A DNA stretch of 64,000 nt, taken from Octopus bimaculoides (taxonomy: Eukaryota). The notes under the pieces are model-generated. The model did no database searches. It saw nothing but the letters and a program-made list of their open reading frames with translations, and was not told where the DNA came from. Positions within the stretch are counted from its first letter, which is position 1. Every line of letters begins with the position of its first letter. The position numbers and the translations under genes were made by a program. The stretch is taken from assembly GCF_001194135.2 (NCBI RefSeq), contig NC_069002.1, positions 32,546,047 through 32,610,046 of the forward strand, given 5' to 3'. Below, piece by piece: positions 59,404 through 64,000 of this stretch.

Positions 59404-59938
59404 AAAGGAGTAGACGAAGGAGCTGGAGGAGAAGAAAGTAGCAGATGAGAATATGGAGGAAGAGGAAACAGAGGAGGAGGTTGAGGATGAGGAGAAGAAG
59501 AGGTAGAGAAGGGTAGAGATCTAGGAGGAGGAGGCGCAGAGGAAGAAGGAGAAGAGGAAGATGAAGACGAAGAAATGAAAGTAGCAGAACCGGAAAAGAA
59601 GATGATGATGACAATGATGATGGAGATGATGATGATGATCATGAAGAAGAGGCGTGTTATGAAGGAAAACCTGAAGGGAGAAAGCAAAGAATACTATTTA
59701 AAAAAATATTATAACCGAGTCTGAGATGGAGGACAAGGTGGAGGAGTAGAAGTGGGGGAAAAGCCATTGTGTGGGGGGAGAGGGAGAGAGAGAAAGGGAA
59801 ATAGAGAAAGAGAATTAAGAATTAAGAGGCAAGGAAAGAAGAGCATAAAGAGAGAGAGGGAGAGAGAAAGACAGACAGAGATAAAAAGAGAGAGATTAAG
59901 AAAGAGGCAAGGAAAGAAGTGCAGAGAGTGAGAAAGAG

Positions 59939-60043
<105 letters not shown>

Positions 60044-60093
60044 TAGATAGATAGATAGAGAGATAGATAGANNNNNNNNNNNNNNNNNNNNNN

Positions 60094-60130
<37 letters not shown>

Positions 60131-60498
60131 AATAGAGAGATTTGAAGTATATTTTCTTCGAAAACTTCGTGTCACGCACCTAGACACACACACACATACA
60201 AAAAATAATCAAAAGTTTGAAAGAGAATGAAGAATTTTGGTCGTAAGAAAGTGCAAAATGAACATTGGGTGTTTTTCTTGTTCTTATATTTCGGTTGATG
60301 TTATTCACGTTGTTTTTGTTGTTAGTTTAGATATTAAGTTACTGAATTCACTCTCTGCTCTCTTTCAATTCTGTCTCCTTCAAATTCTGTCTGTCTGTCT
60401 GTCTCTCTTTCTGTATTCCTCTTTCATTCTCGATCTGTTTCTCCAGGAAACATTGCACTGTTTAATAGATGTCAATATGGTGACATTTTAATTACACG

Positions 60499-60550
<52 letters not shown>

Positions 60551-61079
60551 CACACATATACACACAGACATACACACAGAGACATACAGACATACACACA
60601 GTCACAGAGACACTCACACACACGCGTACAAACATAACGTATAGACTAAGAAGTGAGAAGCATATAATCACATGCTCACATAGATTCACTCATACACACG
60701 CATACATATATCCACCAGGAGACACGTATATAACCACACATATACATCGATAAAATACACACATATACGCACCAGAAGAAGATAAGAGCATATCCTCGCA
60801 GACATATAGATACACGCAAACAAATGCGTAAACACACGCACAAACCCACGCGCAAAGAGACACAGACAGACAGACATACAGACACACACACAGATCTACA
60901 CCTTGTTGAATACTCATTAGCATCTCTGTACGACAGTGTCTCTCATTAATTATTCTTCCCTCCGTCGATTAATCAATTTCTCTTGATTTCTGTTTTCTTC
61001 TCTTTCAATCTCTCTTTCACTCTCTCCCTGTCTCTCTCTCTCGCTCTCTCTGTTTCTCTCTCCCTGTTCCTCTCTCTAT

Positions 61080-61700
61080 CTGTTGTGTCTGTTTATCTGA
61101 GTCATTGTCTATCTCTCTCTGCCTGCCTGGTTGGTCGTCTGCCTCTCTGATTGTCTGGTCGTCTGCCTCTCTCATTGCCTGGTCATTTGGCCTGCCACTC
61201 TGTTTGCTTATCTGTCCGTATGTTAATCTATCTGCTTATCTTTTGTGTGCCAGTTTGTTTGTCTATCTGCCTGTCATTTTGTCTGCCGGTTTTGTTTATC
61301 TATCTGTATGCCTCTATCTGCCGATCTGTTTGTCTACCTATCTGCCTGTTTGTCTATCTCTCCAACTGTTTGTCTATTTCTCCGTATGTTTGCCTATCAG
61401 CCTGTCTGTCTGTTTGTTTCTCTGTTTCCCTATCTGACCCTCAATCTCTCTGTCGCTCTATCTCTTTGCGTGTCTGCCTGTCTTTCTCTCCCTGTATGTC
61501 TGTCTATCTGCCTGCCTGTTTGCCTGTCTGTATTTGTTTTTATTTGTCTGTATGTCTATCCATCTCTTTGCGTTTAGGTCGGCCATCTCTCTCTATCTCT
61601 CTGTTTCTTTTTTTCCGTCTATATTTCTCTTTCTCACTGTTTCTTTCTTTTTCCCCCTGTTTCTTTCTATTTCCCCCTGTTTCTTTCTTTCTCTGTCTCT
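61080..61700. repeat. Degenerate (TCTG/TCTA)-derived pyrimidine-rich low-complexity tract
   Basis: Direct reading; the ORFs here are C/L/S/V-rich artefacts. Confidence 0.85.
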
Positions 61701-62189
61701 CACACTCATACACATACACTATTTCATTAGCTCATTGGTAATATTACACTAAGATAGTTTGAATAAGATACCATTCATACAATTGGGTCAATATATTAAC
61801 ACTAATTTCTAACACCCACTTCAAACATATAAAGGCGTGTTTCCATGATTATTACCGATGTTTTGTTTATTAGCATTTCATACTGTTCTCACAAACATAC
61901 AACTCACACATACACACATATACAAACACCGTATTTCATTTTCCAAACATAATATACTGTAACTGAGGATATCAGAGGTCAATAAGGGAATACTATGTCC
62001 CACATTTTCAAAATCTTGTGTTAGCAGTCCGATTTAATAGACTTTCAAGTTATCTCTGCAAATTTTCTACAACAGTCAGAGCCAGCAGCGAAAACTACGA
62101 TGTTTCGGATACGAAAACTTCTTGTAAGCAATGCGACTGAAGATAGAAAAATAGATAATAGTATATATATATATATATATATATATTGT

Positions 62190-62675
62190 GTAACCTTCAG
62201 CGTGTCGACATGTTAACCGTTGAAGAACGTGCATTTATAGTTGAATGGGTGTTTCGAGCTGGAATCAAATTCACAGATAATGTGAAACAGAAGTTCGGTG
62301 AAACTTTTTCAAATGCTGTTGTTCCTCATCGTTACACTGTGAGGGATTTGATGAGATAATTTAGAAACAGGCTCAGTGGAAGACACAGCAAGAAGCGGTA
62401 AGCCTATTGTTCTTTCAGACGAAACATTCGCCAATATTTGTGATAAAATGTTGGCAAACCTGTCAAAGTTCTTACGCAAATTGTCACAGGAAACGGATCA
62501 TCCGCCTCGGAAGTGCTTACACGACAGTAAAAAAGAAATTAAATTTCAACACCTCTTATAAAGTTTTTAAAGTCTGGTAAAGTCTAATATATTCCTTTGT
62601 AACCCTCTACCATCTTATAAATATTTATTTCGCAATTAAATACTAACTGAAGAGAGACTTTTTGAACACCTTATA
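62190..62675 (+). mobile_element. Tc1/mariner deletion derivative: N-terminal HTH region plus right terminus
   Basis: From ATG 62210: MLTVEERAFIVEWVFRAG...VKQKFGETFSNAVVPHRYTVRDLMR*FR.TGSVEDTARSGKPIVLS...LRKLSQET, a Tc1/mariner paired-like HTH region (F.ETGSV...RSGRP motif). Ends GACTTTTTGAACACCT-TA. The catalytic domain is absent. Confidence 0.8.
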
Positions 62676-62817
62676 TACACGAAAGGAAGTAGTATTGTTA
62701 GCGGTGTGAGGAAAGCCATAAAAATGTTCTTGTATTTGCTCAATAAAACGCTGAGAAATGTAGACTAGTCTTCTGTAGTAATTAAAGTCAAAGTTTAATA
62801 GTACAGGGAACATGGGA

Positions 62818-62900
<83 letters not shown>

Positions 62901-64000
62901 CTGCCCCTTCTCTTTCTGTATATATATATATATATATAGTTTTAGGGAAAATAATCAAGTTTCAAGAACTCATCGATGAAAATCCACTATCACATATAGA
63001 AAAATTAATAATTAAAAGCACAATAAATGAGTATAATATCTTATGATATTTACTTTACTTTATATTATACTCATTTATTGTGCTTTTANNNNNNNNNNNN
63101 NNNNNNNNNNNNNNNNNNNNNNNNNNNNNNNNNNNNNNNNNNNNNNNNNNNNNNNNNNNNNNNNNNNNNNNNNNNNNNNNNNNNNNNNNNNNNNNNNNNN
63201 NNNNNNNNNNNNNNNNNNNNNNNNNNNNNNNNNNNNNNNNNNNNNNNNNNNNNNNNNNNNNNNNNNNNNNNNNNNNNNNNNNNNNNNNNNNNNNNNNNNN
63301 NNNNNNNNNNNNNNNNNNNNNNNNNNNNNNNNNNNNNNNNNNNNNNNNNNNNNNNNNNNNNNNNNNNNNNNNNNNNNNNNNNNNNNNNNNNNNNNNNNNN
63401 NNNNNNNNNNNNNNNNNNNNNNNNNNNNNNNNNNNNNNNNNNNNNNNNNNNNNNNNNNNNNNNNNNNNNNNNNNNNNNNNNNNNATATATATATATACAC
63501 ATATATATATATATACATATACATATATATATATATATATATATACATATTTATACATATACACAAATACATATATATGTGTACGTATGTATGTATGTTT
63601 GTGTACATATGCATGTGTGTATATATGTGTGCGTGTGTACATATGTTTCGGTAGCATTTTACTGACGCATTTTTAGATTACAAAAAAGAAATCGTCCTGT
63701 AAATCTTAAACCAGCATGTAAAGTAAAAAGAGGACATGACTTGTTCACCAAATACATGTTCGACGAAGTGAAAATTTTGAGGAGTACAAAAGAATTTATA
63801 GAGTTAGCGTTTATGAATATAATGATGTAAAGTGTTTCGTAGAAAAAAAAAAATTATAGTGATTAAATACTTGTCTTGAAGAACGGCTACATCTAAAAAT
63901 GACAACCACAACATCACAACAATTGCAGCCACGACTTCACCACTCTCATTGCCGTCTTCATCACTACCAACAACACCGTCACCAATCTAGTAACACCGAC

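Overview
Repeat-rich, fragmented animal genomic DNA with roughly 10 kb of N gaps, most flanked by (AT)n or other microsatellites. No host protein-coding gene can be supported; nearly all ORF-track entries are translations of microsatellites or gaps. The microsatellite density and the tRNA-derived SINE families suggest a coleoid cephalopod, Octopus-like (inference from recalled SINE sequences, not from a search). Supportable content: about 25 SINE copies or fragments from several tRNA-derived families (CORE-type, Deu/Nin-type, and a family with interchangeable 3' modules), three decayed Tc1/mariner remnants, a 5'-truncated Penelope-like element (GIY-YIG endonuclease), a LINE 3' end, two long palindromes, a ~130-bp minisatellite and many simple repeats. 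The main signal the ORF track misses is a set of about ten type I hammerhead-ribozyme-like motifs in several unrelated sequence contexts. The best (6265-6339, minus) has the full natural architecture. It sits in a sharply bounded 255-bp non-coding insertion that splits the 3' end of a mariner, making it a candidate retrozyme or Penelope-dependent ribozyme element.
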